Below, piece by piece: positions 42,181 through 56,321 of a stretch of DNA of 64,000 nt. The notes under the pieces are model-generated. The model was given only the letters and a program-made list of their open reading frames with translations. It did not search any database and was not told the origin of the DNA. The translations under genes were made by a program, and so were the position numbers. Source of the DNA: Octopus vulgaris (lineage: Eukaryota); NCBI GenBank assembly GCA_951406725.2, contig OX597817.1, positions 13,268,001 through 13,332,000 on the forward strand, given 5' to 3'. Within the stretch, counting starts at the first letter, position 1. The number at the start of each line of letters is the position of its first letter.

Positions 42181-42452
42181 TTTCAGTAAATTTGTTTTAT
42201 TTAATTATCTAAGTAAATTTAATAGTTATTTAATTTAGAGTATGAGCACCCTTGTTCGGAAAAAAAAATCAGTAATGTGGAATTGCTTGGGAACCAAAGG
42301 TTCCGGAAAATCAATGTTGTGCTTTTACTGGGAAGTGTGCATCTCCGATTCCATATAAAACCTTGTGCTCAGGAATCTCTTTGATTCCAGGTGTGGTGGT
42401 GATTGTGCATACGGCGGTTAAACTACCAGAAACGTTTGCCGCAATGAAGTAC

Positions 42453-42680
42453 CTATTTCTTTACTACCCACAGGGGGCTAAACACAGAGAGGGGACAAAC
42501 ACGGACAGACAAACGGATTAAGTCGATTACATCGACCACAGTGCGTAACTGGTACTTAATTTATCGACCCCGAAAGGATGAAAGGCAAAGTCGACCATGG
42601 CGGAATTTGAACTCAGAACGTAGCGGCAGACGAAATACCGCTGAGCATTTCGCCCGGAGTGCTAACGATTCTGCCAGCTC
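42453..42680 (-). mobile_element. SINE-A monomer
   Basis: TSD tgaagtacc. Confidence 0.9.
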
Positions 42681-42749
42681 TGAAGTACCGCCACTTCAGT
42701 AGTCTCTGCGCTTGTGAGGGAACATGTTAGGTGTAGCGTAGGTGCTATT

Positions 42750-42752
42750 ATC

Positions 42753-42784
<32 letters not shown>

Positions 42785-43065
42785 CGCTACTTGACTTCTC
42801 AGGACTCTCGGTCTTACTTGTGCTAGTTGATTCTGTGAGAGTGGACAACAGTCTGTTGTTAGAGGTCACACAGGGTCTCTTTCCACAAACTATAAACTTT
42901 GCTACTTCGACGCTAACTTATCGTGGGAGACACTCAACACTTAAGCATCAATTTCAAAATCCTAACAGTTCCCAATAGAGCAGTTTTGTGGGGGCCCTGT
43001 TCTGCTCTCATGTCAATTCCAATTTCTCCAACACATTTCTCGAACTTAGTGCTCCGAGTGCCTCT
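42750..43065 (-). pseudogene. Extreme 3' end of a second RLE (R4/NeSL-like) LINE between trinucleotide repeats
   Basis: ..EIGIDMRAEQGPHKTALLGTVRILKLML resembles the QKxALLGTARIL C-terminus. Flanked by (CAT)n and (TAC)n. Confidence 0.65.
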
Positions 43066-43076
43066 CGTCGTCGTTG

Positions 43077-43113
<37 letters not shown>

Positions 43114-43299
43114 TATCATCATCATCATCATTATTATTATTATCATTATTCCTTCGTAACACAGTGTAGGTAAAAATGCACTGGAGTCTTTAGTCATCTG
43201 TCAAGTCACAACAAGGACCTCAGACATAGTACCACGACAATCGGATTGGCTACGGGAACACGAAGAAAAAAAAACATTGCAATATATTCATATCTTAAA

Positions 43300-43495
43300 G
43301 CGACGAGTACGCCAGGCAAAATGCTTAGCGGCATTTCGTCCGTCTTTTTACGATCTGAGTTTAAATTCCGCCGAAGTCGACTTTGGCTTTCATCCTTTCG
43401 GCTTTGGTAAAAGTACCAGCTGGCCACTAGAATCGATATAATCGATTTAACCCTTCTCCGAAATTGTTGGCCTTGTGTCAAAATTTGAAACCAGT
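43300..43495 (+). mobile_element. SINE-A, older copy
   Basis: Central block recognisable. Confidence 0.75.
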
Positions 43496-43601
43496 ATAGT
43501 CCTACCCCAAAGACTGACTCAATAATATTCACATAAAAAAAACATGCAACATTGATTCCTTATACGAGCTTAAGGCCATGCACCTATAAATATATATTAA
43601 T

Positions 43602-43989
43602 GTGGAAGCACTCCGTCGGTTACGACGACGAGGGTTCCGGTTGATCCGAATCAACGGAACAGCCTGCTCGTGAAATTAACGTGTAAGTGGCTGAGCACTC
43701 TACAGACACGTGTACCCTTTACGTAGTTCTCGGGGATATTCAGCGTGATACAGAGAGTGAAAAGGCCGGCCCTTTGAAATACAGGTACAACAGAAACAGG
43801 AAGTAAGAGTGAGAGAAAGTTGTTGTGAAAGAGTACAGCAGGGATCACCACCATCCCCTGCCGGAGCCTCGTGGAGCTTTTAGGTGTTTTCGCTCAATAA
43901 ACACTCACAACGCCCAGTCTGGGAATCGAAACCGCGATCCTATGACCGCGAGTCCGCTGCCCTAACCACTGGGCCATTGCGCCTCCACT
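43602..43989 (-). mobile_element. SINE-C
   Basis: Full length. TSD tatatattaat. Confidence 0.9.
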
Positions 43990-44263
43990 GTATATATTAA
44001 TATAAGACCAAAAGACTTATAAGTCTATATTAACTTAAGGTCATACACTTGAAACTACAGCAGTTCGTTTCTGATCGATATTTTGTCGTTTTTGAGCAGT
44101 TGGAGCATCTACAGGAAGTCAGCGATGTAGTTAAGTTGCATTCATCAATTATCTTTTACGTGTGTCAGTCATTGGACTGTGGCCATGCAGGAGCATCGTC
44201 TTCAAGAGTTTTAGTTGGAAAGATAGAACTCAGAACTAATTTTTAAAAAATTTTAGGGTACAT

Positions 44264-44435
44264 AGGCGCAGGAGTAGCTGTGTGGTAAGTAGCTTGCTAA
44301 CCAACCACATGGTTCCGGGTTCAGTCCCACTGCGTGGCACTTTGGGCAAGTGTCTTCTACTATAGCCTCGGGTCGACCAAAGCCTTGTGAGTGGATTTGA
44401 TAGACGGAAACTGAAAGAAGCCCGTCGTATATATG

Positions 44436-44504
<69 letters not shown>

Positions 44505-44729
44505 GTGTGTGTTTGTGTGTCTGTGTTTGTCCCCCTAGCATTGCTTGACAACCGTTGCTGGTGTGTTTACGTCCCCGTCACTTAGCGGTTCGGCAAAAAG
44601 AGACCGATAGAATAAGTACTGAGCTTACAAAGAATAAGTCCCGGGGTCGAGTTGCTCGATTAAAGGCGGTGCTCCAGCATGGCCGCAGCCAAATGACTGA
44701 AACAAGTAAAAGAGTAAAGAGTAAAGAGT
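44264..44729 (+). mobile_element. SINE-B nested in an older opposite-strand SINE-B (44150-45018)
   Basis: Old tail at 44150-44240 and old head at ~44770-45018. Confidence 0.85.
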
Positions 44730-45559
44730 ATAGGCACATATTCATCCAGTCCCTATTGTCGGATACCAAATTACGGAGACGTAAACAAACCAACACTGGT
44801 TATCAAGCAGTGGAGGGAGGGACAAATACAGACATACAGACATACACACGTATATGTAAGTCGGGCTCCCATTTTAGTTCCCGTGTACCAAATTCACTCA
44901 TAAGGTATTGGTCGACCCGGGGCCACGTAGAAAACACTTGCCCAAGGTGCCGCGCAGTGGGACTGAACCCGAAACTATATGGTTGCAAAACGAGCTTCTT
45001 GACCACACAGCCATGCCTGAGCTCAACGTTGCCGAAAGCCCATAAACATTACCGTGCATTTTCTTTTTCTCTGCTGGCATCTGTTTCTATCTACGCGACT
45101 TACCATAAGGTCAATATTATTTATTAGTCTAGTTGCAGAATTAACGAGGAACAGGTAAAATCTAAGCATTTTCTGTTGAAGCAAGTATCGATCGCTAACA
45201 TTGGCACGATGCCACAAATACTGCAGAATGAGACAGTCAACTAAATCGATACAGCAAGATCGCAAATTTTATTTAATTTGCTTTGCGGCAGCAACTGTTT
45301 TATCGAAGGCGTATCTTGTCATGAATTACTCGAAATACCGATTAGAAAAAACAGCCAACAACTGGCGAAGGGTCGTTCTTTGTGCTGCTTGTTTTGTTTT
45401 CCATTTGTTTCTTTCGTTGCTTGCAAAAAAAGTCTTTATTCCATGTCCTCGTACTTGGTATTTTTTGCTGTTTACATTTTGTGACGTCCTGTGCCCACAT
45501 ATGCATATGTATATACGTATACATGTATGTACGTATACGTATGTATATATGCATATATA

Positions 45560-45780
45560 CTTTACTTAAAAGCAGCAGAAATATAACAAAAGCTGTTACT
45601 CAGAGTTTCACGTTCCCGTTCGTCGGACAGTTTTGTTAGAAAAACAAAACTGTCCGACGAATGGTAACGTGAAACTCTGAGTAACAGCTGCTGCTTTTAA
45701 ATAAAGCATATTACTCTACCTCTGGTATTTGAGTACTCTTTTTTCCACCTTGTTTCACATTTATGTGCTTACTCCGGTAT
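45560..45780. mobile_element. Palindromic Penelope-like terminus with two divergent hammerheads (45593-45630 minus; 45650-45687 plus)
   Basis: ctgt-CCGACGA-a(c/t)g/gNaa/cgt-GAAA-ctc/t/gag-TA-acag on both strands. Confidence 0.75.
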
Positions 45781-46088
45781 ATGCCTGACCTTCGAAACGT
45801 GGAGTAGATGAAATTAATGCGACTGAAGAAGGGGAATTTTCCTTGTGTTATTTGTCCTGTACTCTATTTTTTCGTTGTTTAAAAAAATATATCCATTTCC
45901 TCAGTTTTGTGTTTATGTTTTCGTTTCTCATTGTGTTCGACGTTTTTTTGGTGTCCTGTACCCATATATGCATGTATATATACATGTAGAGGTAGGTACG
46001 TACATATATGTATGTATATATGCATATGTTTTATTTATTTATTTATATATGACTGAACGCACGCATCCATTTCTAAGTAAGATTGTTC

Positions 46089-46160
<72 letters not shown>

Positions 46161-46306
46161 TAAGTAATTGAGATTCTAGTGAATTCTAAAGAATTCACAT
46201 GAATATGGTCCTTAACCAGGATGCACCGGATATCTATATGGTGTTAGCCATACGACAAATGGGGTGATTATAAATAGGAAAAAAGCAACAAGAATGGATT
46301 AAAATA

Positions 46307-46390
46307 TCGGTACGATCGTTTCGTACGAGGACATCTTTAATAAGCTACAAAAAATGCAGTGAATACAGATGGCTCGTACTCGTCAGCCGA
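46307..46390 (-). ncRNA. Canonical type-I hammerhead ribozyme with extended stem II
   Basis: tcgg-CTGACGA-gtacgag...ctcgtac-GAAA-cgatcg-TA-ccga. Confidence 0.85.
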
Positions 46391-46933
46391 AAAAATATCA
46401 GAGAATTCCCAAATATATATGTATATATATGTATATATTCAAATATATGTATATATTCAAATTAAGGGAGTGGCACGGATAAAATTCAGGCTACATGTTT
46501 CTTAGCTAGATGCTCCTTTGATGAAATAACTACTCAACGAGGAGTGCTCAACTTAACTAATCAACAGACTGAGAATTCTTCAATTACATGAAGGTAGAAC
46601 TGTCATTTAGAATTCTCAAGTTAACCCACCGTAGACGTGAGTTGAAATGAATGGTGAAGTCGGAAGAAAAGAATAAAAAATATACACAAATGTTTGAAGA
46701 AATAAAACGGTCAAGAAATAAGACAAGGAAAGGATGAGGCCAGAGATGCGGATGTGGCAATCGTATAATGTTATTAGGAGTGATGAAAAGGTGAGGGGAA
46801 AAAAAGAGGGAGAAGTAGGAGTAGGTAGTTGCTGTCGTTGAAGAGAAAAAAAGTATGGTTGTTGGAAATATTTAATTAGTTGGGATGGGTAATGACAGAG
46901 ACTAGCTGACCCCAAAGTATTGATTTCTTAGCG

Positions 46934-47239
46934 CAGGGGTCCTTAACGAGTTTTTGTATCTATGGACCCCTTTGATTACTGTTTTATTCTGGTGGACCCT
47001 GCTATAGCCATTCGATGTTTAAAGACTAGTTTTACAGAAACTTCTTTCGAAATTCCTATTTTGTTTTTCACACACTAACTTGTGTGGCTGTGTGGTAAGT
47101 AGCTTGTCTACCAACCACATAGTTCCGGGTTCAGTCCCACTGCGTGGCACCTTGGGCAAGTGTCTTCTGCTATAGCCCCGGGCCGACCAAAGCCTTGTGA
47201 GTGGATTTGGTAGATTGAAACTGAAAGAAGCCCATCGTA

Positions 47240-47270
<31 letters not shown>

Positions 47271-47316
47271 GTTATCCCATGGTGGGTTGAATTTTCAACC
47301 CCTATCTCATTTTATA

Positions 47317-47371
<55 letters not shown>

Positions 47372-47404
47372 ATGGTGGGTTGAATTTTCAACCCCTATCT
47401 CATT

Positions 47405-47456
<52 letters not shown>

Positions 47457-47822
47457 TGTGTGTGTTTGTCCCCTAGCATTGCTTGACAACCGATGCTGGT
47501 GTGTTTATGTCCCCGTTACTTAGCGGTTCGGCAAAAGAGACCGATAGAATAAGTACTGGGCTTACAAAAGAATAAGTCCTGGGGTCGAGTTGCTCGATTA
47601 AAGGCGGTGCTCCAGCATGGCCGCAGTCAAATGACTGAAACAAGTAAAAGTAAAGTAAAGTAAAGAAATTAAGCTGTTTCCTGCAATACATATCAATATC
47701 AATCTAAAGTAAAATTTTTTAAGGGGCCTTTAAATATTTTCAGGATCCCAAATTTATTCCTTTGTTGCGGAGATCCCTAAAAATACATGGATCCTCATAT
47801 GGACCCCGATTGAGAAGCACTG
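46934..47822. mobile_element. hAT-like MITE containing a SINE-B (47084-47665, plus)
   Basis: caggggtccttaac...attgagaagcactg with subterminal ggacccc. 8-bp flanks tcttagcg and tctcagtg. Confidence 0.6.
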
Positions 47823-47943
47823 TCTCAGTGGATAGTTGGTGCTGGTGTTGTTAGCCGTTGGTCTATGTCGCAGTAAATAGACACATTCGCGCACTCACGC
47901 ACACACATGTACACACACTTCATAACCATAGTAATAACATATA

Positions 47944-48177
47944 TATTTCTTTACTACCCACAAGGGGCTAAACACAGAGAAGACAAACAAGGACAGAGAA
48001 AGGGATTAAGTCGATTACATCGACCCCAGTGCGTAACTGGTACTTAATTTATCGACCCCCGGAAGGATGAAAGGCAAAGTCGACCTCGGCGGAATTTGAA
48101 CTCGGAACGTAACGGCAGACGAAATACGGCAACGCATTTCGCCTGGCGTGCTATCGTTTCTGCCAGCTCGCCGCCTT
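47944..48177 (-). mobile_element. SINE-A monomer
   Basis: TSD aaccRtagtaataacatata. Confidence 0.9.
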
Positions 48178-48397
48178 CAACCGTAGTAATAACATATATG
48201 CGCACACAGCATACACGCAAACAAATGTTTATATGCTATGACCGAGCATGCGTGTATAACATGTAACCACTCTTTTCATGTAAATATATACGCAAATATG
48301 CGCTAGTGCCCCAAGGATGCGTGTGCGAATCTATAGGCATAAGACACACCCCCATATATATATATGCGCTTCTATCTTGAAATAAAACTGAATAATG

Positions 48398-49161
48398 ACA
48401 TACATACATACACACATACACACATACATACATACATACATACATACCTAGATACATACATACATACATACATACATACATACATACATACATACATACA
48501 TACATACATACATACATACATACATACATACATACATACCTAGATACATACATACATACATACATACATACACACATACACACATACATACCTAGATACA
48601 TACATACATACATACATACATACATGCATACATACATACATACATACATACATACATACATACATGCGTACATACATACATACATACATACATGCATACA
48701 TACATACGTACATACATACATACATACATACATACATACATACATACATACATACATACATACATACATACATACATACATACATACATACATACCTAGA
48801 TACATACATGCATACATATATGCATACATACATACATACATACATACATACATACATACATACCTAGATACATACATGCATACATATATGCATACATACA
48901 TACATACATACATACATACATAGATACATACATACATACATACATACATACATACATACATGCATGCATACATATATACATGCATACATACATACATACA
49001 TACATACATACATACATACATACATACATACATACATACATACATACATACATACATACATACATACATACATACATACATACATACATACATACATGCA
49101 TACATACATACATACATATATACATGCATACATACATACATACAGACATACATACATACAT
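48398..49161. repeat. (TACA)n array with recurrent CCTAGA variant
   Basis: Direct reading. A (TAG)n tract follows at 49555-49656. Confidence 0.95.
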
Positions 49162-49554
49162 CTCTGTCTTGGCTGTCCACTCGTGACCAAGAAAGACCGT
49201 CAATGACCATTGCCCATGCAAAATACCAGCAATGTCCGTGCACGAGGTTATTGCACCAGCAGTCGGCTTCAACCGGGTCCCAGCAGTCAGCTTCACTCGA
49301 GTTCGCGCCCGCGGCTTCCATGCTTGCCGCGGTGCTCACTTGCTCGACCGAGCATCAGTAGTTGCCTCGATTTTAGGTCCAACAACCCAGAATTTTCGGT
49401 CCAGTAAGGCTTGCACAACACCTCATAGACCCTTTCCATCCAAATGACATGATCCAGAGATAAGCCAGGACAAGGTCTCCAGTGCTAATAAAGCACTTTG
49501 TTAGTTAAGTACTGGGGTAAAAAAAAGTACCGACTAACCTACAACTACTACTAC

Positions 49555-49656
<102 letters not shown>

Positions 49657-51227
49657 CAGATCTTATACATACGCACATACAAACCAACCAAGAGCTTCTA
49701 TATATATAGTCACGCGACTCGTTCTATCTAACAGCCAAATATCCGTAAACAAACTTATTACGTTCCTTAAAATGGAAACCAGATGTCTCAAAACTTTAAA
49801 ATTCTTTGGAACTGCCCTGATCTGAACGATGGGCGAACACCGAACATTATAAAAACAAAGAAAAGTATTTTAACAAGTTGAATATTATACAAGCATAGAA
49901 TTCAGGATGTTGATTCTACAAGTTGCTTTCCTAAATGTTTGATCTCAAACTTCTGCGCCATAGATTTATTTTTGTATATCTGATCAGAACTACGTTTCAA
50001 TAATGATTTTTTAAATACAGGGACATGGTTTCAAATTTTGTTGGGAGGTATAGTCGATTAGATTGGCTCTAGCACTTCATCCTTACTTATTTGTTTTCGA
50101 ACCCAAAAGAATGAAAAAGGAAGATGGTGACAGCTGGTTTCTACCATAGGTACAAGGTCTCAGATTTTGAAAAAGAATAAAGTCAAAATTAGTACTTTTC
50201 GAGTACTTCTTTTTTTAATCCCCGAAGTATGTAAGGCAATGTTATCCCCGGCAGTATGAAAGGCAAAGCCATCCCTGACAGTATTTGAACCCAGAACTTG
50301 AAGCAACATAACTATTACACACTTACAGCAACAGCAATTTACATACCTAGACAACGCAAGCAAACTATCACGCAAGTTTGAGAACGAATTTACTGTTCAA
50401 GAAACGGTTATACTAACCATCTGGTAACCTGCTCAGTATATGTAACATGACGTTTCGAATGTTCTATTAATCAGTCAAATAAAGTTCTTTTGTTTCTTAT
50501 AAAATGTCATTAAACTGAATAACATAAAATGGAAAGATATTTGAATGAAATTCGACTACAACAGAATCCGATGGCGAAAATGGCAGAGAACATTCATTGA
50601 TTTCCGCCGCACTCTCCAATGTTATTACAGATGCTAGCAAACCTTATATTCGGTTAAATAATATAACACTGCAATTTGTTAAAATCACGTTGCACATTGT
50701 ATGATTAGATGACTCACTGAACTAATCTGAAGCCATTTTTGTAAAGCGTCGTAATATAATATTTACCAAACTTCTATTTGCAATGAGAAAAGATCAAAGT
50801 GAATTTTAAAATCAGTGTGTGTCAGCACTGCAGCTTCTTGCACGAGATTGTTCTACTTTTGTAATTGTGGCTGTCGAAGAACCTGCTTCTCAGGCAACCC
50901 TCGAGGCAATCACTTATTCGTGCCAGCTCGTGAGAACGTCTGTTCAAATCGTACAAGTTCTTAACCCCAGCTGTCACAGATAAAATGCATACAACCCTGC
51001 TGGAATTGACACAGCTTTTGAAGATAAGGTCTTTGTAATTATTATTTGGTAGATTTCTTCATTTGTAACTGTAGTTTCGTTGATAAATGAAAGAACTACC
51101 TACGTCGCTGACAACGTCCACCAATAATAACTAGCGTGGGTTGCTTATAAGGGACAATAAAAAAGCGGGTTCAGTTTTAAAAGAACTGACACTGATGTCA
51201 TTGTTAGGAAAATTATGAGAGTATTAT

Positions 51228-51436
51228 TTTACTTTTACTGTTACTTGTTTCAGACTGCGGCCATGCTGGAGCACCGCCTTTAGTCGAGCAAATCGACCTC
51301 AGGACTTATTCTTTGTAAGCCTAGTACTTATTCTATCAGTCTCTTTCAGCTGAACCGCTAAGTTACGAGGACGTAAACACACCAACATCGGTTGTCAAGC
51401 GATGTTGGGGGAACAAACACAGACGCACAAACATAT

Positions 51437-51467
<31 letters not shown>

Positions 51468-51619
51468 ACCATATACATATATACGACGGGCTTCTTTCAG
51501 TTTCCGTCTACCAAATCCACTCACAAGGCTTTGGTCGGCCAGAGGCTACGCAGTGGGACTGAACCCGGAACCATGTGGTTGGTAAGCAAGCTACTTACCA
51601 CACAGCCACTCCTATGCCT
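51228..51619 (-). mobile_element. SINE-B (internal deletion)
   Basis: Match to other copies. Confidence 0.88.
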
Positions 51620-52126
51620 ATATATATATAAACTGACCAAAAACTATTTAAGGACAACAAGCAACTACAGCACTTGATTATTACATTTGATTATTACAGC
51701 ACGACACGACAGTAACATTATATGATAAATTAGGGTTATCATTTGTATAAGTTATAAGTTAGGGTTAGGGTTAGCCATTCATATGATTAAATTATAGCCT
51801 GTTATACGTATTTTAAAAACATATGTTACACACCTATAAGCATATACATACTATGTGCAAGTGTACACTAACATACAAAAATCATACATACAAATGCGTT
51901 CACTTGAATACGCATGGATTCCTGAAATTTAACCAAATCTGAAAAAATATCTGCAAAAAACGCCAAATATTTACAATATGAGAAAATTGTTAATGAAGAA
52001 CATTAACTTTAATGGTTTAATTTGGGATTTGTTTTATATTTTTATATTCACATTGTGTTTCTTTTACTTTGTTTCCTTGTCTGGAATCAGTTTTCTGGTA
52101 AAATTCAAACTACATACGGAATGTGC

Positions 52127-52183
<57 letters not shown>

Positions 52184-52241
52184 TGTGCATAATCAGGTAT
52201 CAAAGGTTCGTGATATTCAGAAACAATTGTTAATTTCATAC

Positions 52242-52285
<44 letters not shown>

Positions 52286-52914
52286 CTCTCCTCTTCATTT
52301 AATTATTCTGAAAGCATGATAGGAACAGATGGGTTTGAAAAAGATATATTATGATTTAAACATGTGTGAATGTAAACATTAACAAGGCCGTCGAGAAAGT
52401 GAATAAAAATATACTAGCGCACATATGTTTTCATTTTTCAACATTCCTCTCTCACTTTCCACCCACAATTTTATAAATAAGGCAGAACTTGTAAGCCATT
52501 TTAGCAAAAGAGCGCCGAAAAGTTTTATTGGTTACTGTAATGAGAAGAATTGTCATTGGTCGGCGGAATATGCGATTCTAATTTAATCTGGGCTCTCATT
52601 GAAAGACTAAAGGTGAAGGATAAATAAACTGAAATAATTTTAGGAAATATGTTTGTTTGCTTTGGCCAAAACAGCGGAAGTAGAATACATACAATGGCAT
52701 ATTACATGATTCAAGGGAATTTACTTCAGTGTTGTTAGATTGGTGAAATAAACAACTTTTATGTTAACTAATTTAAATATGTAAGCACATACTTGACATT
52801 ATTTCGCCATATTTTTCCGTGTAAAAGAGAATTTTATTTACCTGGATGTTAGTCTATAGTATAAACAAAATATACAATAAATTCGCTAACGCCCCGGTTT
52901 ATACACACATGTGT

Positions 52915-52939
<25 letters not shown>

Positions 52940-52945
<6 letters not shown>

Positions 52946-53170
52946 AATCCAAACGGGAAAACAGAAAAAACAACAACACGTGGAACAATTACAGTATTAT
53001 TATTAATAGGCGCTCAGGAAAAGATGGAAGCAGGAAGGTATGACGTTTCGAGCGGAGCTCTTCGTCGGAAACATAAAGAAGGAAGAGAGAGGAAAGAAAG
53101 ATCCCAAAGTGGGCAACAAGAGGGAGAAAAAAAAACGACTGGTGTTTACGAAGTACACATGGTGAAAGGC
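52940..53170 (-). mobile_element. Penelope-like terminus with hammerhead motif (53038-53072), in (TA)n
   Basis: gttt-CCGACGA-a,gagc/tcc/gctc-GAAA-cg-TC-atac. Homologous to 56935-57150. Confidence 0.6.
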
Positions 53171-53199
53171 GATATATATATACACTAGTTGAAATAGGC

Positions 53200-53880
53200 A
53201 TCAGAGATGCTTTGCCTCAAACAGGAACTGCAAGGGCTGTTCAGAAGTTTTCTGATTCTCTTCTAAATCTATCGCAATGTTGGAAACTCTTCTGTATCGT
53301 CAGCAACTATCGCAGGGTCAGAGACATTTCGCCCCTTAGCCTGTACACTTCGCTTGAGTGGGGCACCGAGTAGTGAATTTGTCTTCGCTTGCATAAGGGA
53401 ATCCACTCGCGGTCTCTTATCAATCAAAGCCATCTTGAGCTGGTTTGACCTACAACGCTCATCTATTTGGTGGCTTTTTTTTTCAGTTGTTTGAGTTCTA
53501 GACCAGTTTCCTGCAGGAAATGTGCGCAATGACCTAACTGTAAAGCCTCGGCAGCCGACTTCAGTACGGAATGAGGCCGCGTGTCATCTCTTGACAAGGA
53601 ACTTTGTCAATCAAAACTTCATATCTGGTTTTCTTTAGCTGGTGACAAATACAAAGTCTGTACTCTTTGTAAGTTCGACCACGATGATTGTTTTTTTCTT
53701 TTGTATTCCTGGAGACCGGAATATGTCTGGTTCGATTGCTGTCACTGCTGTCGCCTCTGAGAAGGTGAGTCTGCCCTTCAGATTCACTTGCATTTACCAG
53801 TTTCAGCGCGGATATGATGGATTTAGGAGAGTCTGCAAAACGTGGCATTTTCGACTCTCCATCGTAGATTTACTGTACTA
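53200..53880 (-). pseudogene. Possible decayed DNA-transposon protein C-terminus (Academ-like XPG/Cys-rich region)
   Basis: Fragments across frames: FRSPGIQKKKT, KKTRYEVL, TRCPTQAKCTG*GAKCL*PCDSC. Resemblance only. Confidence 0.3.
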
Positions 53881-54071
53881 TTTTTGTTGATTTTACAAAA
53901 TAATACAAGTTTTGATGCAGATCAACACTAGTCTTTTTAGAGTTTTTTTGATCACACGCCTGCACATATAAACACCCACATATATACACACGCACATATA
54001 TCTCTCTTTCACACACACCACACATACACACCTGTATGTGTGTATGTATGTATATATGTATGTATGTATGT

Positions 54072-54102
<31 letters not shown>

Positions 54103-54103
54103 G

Positions 54104-54134
<31 letters not shown>

Positions 54135-54439
54135 TGTATGTATGTATGTATGTATGTATGTATGTATGTATATATGTATGTATGGTATGTATGTATATAT
54201 GTATGTATGTATGTTATGTATGTATGTATATATGTTTGTATGTATGTATGTTATGTATGTATGTGTGTGTATGTGTGTGTATGTGTGTATGTATGTATGT
54301 ATGTATGTGTGTGTATTTGTGCACAATTTAAAAATTATTTCAAATATTTTGGTGACATATTTCAAGTTGACATCTGTTCCAGAAGAATTTGAACTGACAT
54401 AAAGTTAGCTTATTTTTCATCACTGCTTCACGCAGCTAC

Positions 54440-54509
<70 letters not shown>

Positions 54510-54586
54510 ACACACACACACAATGTTAGCTTTTGGTCAGGTAAGTCTCTGGTTACTCTCAAGTTTCGACTTTATTTACAGTGTGG

Positions 54587-54889
54587 ATGGAAGCACTCCG
54601 TCGGTTACGACGACGAGGGTTCCGGTTGATCCGAATCAACGGAACAGCCTGCTCGTGAAATTAACGTGTAAGTGGCTGAGCACTCCACAGACACGTGTAC
54701 CCTTAACGTAGTTCTCGGGGATATTCAGCGTGACACAGAGAGTGACAAGGCCGGCCCTTTGAAATACAGGTACAACAGAAACAGGAAGTAAGAGTGAGAG
54801 AAAGTTGTGGTGAAAGAGTACAGCAGGGATCACCACCATCCCCTGCCGGAGCCTCGTGGAGCTTTTAGGTGTTTTCGCTCAATAAACAC
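54587..54889 (-). mobile_element. SINE-C, 5'-truncated
   Basis: Body and tail match other copies; the head is missing. Confidence 0.9.
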
Positions 54890-55035
54890 TTTGTATTTAC
54901 AGTGTATTATTTTGCCTAATAGCCCCGTGAACACAGGCAAAATTCAAGAGAAGAGACAAACTCGACTAAAATATACTAAATGTTATACATACATACACAC
55001 ACATACGTACATATATAAATACATATATATGTATT

Positions 55036-55460
55036 CTCCTTACTCTTTACTCTTTTACTTGCTTCAGTCATTTGACTGCGGCCATGCTGGAGCACCGCCT
55101 TTAATCGAGCAACTCGACCCCGGGACTTATTCTTGTGTAAGCCCAGTACTTATTCTATCGGTCTCTTTTGCCGAACCGCTAAGTAACGGGGACATAAACA
55201 CACCAGCATCGGTTGTCAAGCAATGCTAGGGGGACAAACACAGACACGCAAACACATACACACACATACATAAATACATATATATACATATATATACGAC
55301 AGGCTTCTTTTAGTTTCCGTCTACCAAATCCACTCACAAGGCTTTGGTCGGCCCGAGGCTATAGTAGAAGACACTTGCCCAAGGTGCCACGCAGTGGGAC
55401 TGAACCCGGAACCATGTGGTCGGTAAACAAGCTACTTACCACACAGCCACTCCTGTGCCT
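55036..55460 (-). mobile_element. SINE-B
   Basis: Full length. Confidence 0.9.
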
Positions 55461-55967
55461 ATATACACACACGCATACACACACACGCACAAATGTGAGT
55501 GGACAAAACGAGAGTGGCACTCGACACATTTGGTACGAGTTACATATATCATTTAATAACAGTATGATTCGGTTCTATGCAACTTAAAGTTTCGCAGGCT
55601 CATCTACAAGCCTACCGAGATAGGTCCGTTTGATCAATCACAATGCATACGTTAGATTTCATACAGTTCCCCCAAATAATGGGATGATTGCAAACCTAAT
55701 TATATATCGCAAACTCTGTCACCGGTGTGGTTTCGACAGGTTCGGACGAACCCCCCACGGTGCATTGTACGTATATGTAATTTACATGTGCATGTGCTCA
55801 CAAACGCAAATTTGACGTCAATACAGCGTCTATTGAAGTATGAAACCCCTCAGTCAAAATCATGGCTCCACCCACGTATACAAGCCGAGATTTTACAGCA
55901 TGTTTACAATACGTTTACTTACTTTCTGAAACGTAATTCTCAAGTCTGAAAAAACCTGGTTACCATG

Positions 55968-56014
<47 letters not shown>

Positions 56015-56149
56015 TGGTGTGTGTGTGTGTGTGTAATGCACAGTAATTAGCACTGTAGACTTAAAAATTGCGTTTCAGAAAGTTTGCTTCATACTGAAGA
56101 GGCTGTAAGCTAATATATTTAATAAGTATTACAGTAACTGTGGCAGTAC

Positions 56150-56250
<101 letters not shown>

Positions 56251-56321
56251 ATCTATCTATCTATCTATCTATCTATTTGGTATGTTATATTATATCATAA
56301 CAAAAACACTATAAAGAATAT

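Noticed and set aside
50400-51150. Possible decayed transposase
   Set aside because: Stops in all frames and no motif I can confirm.
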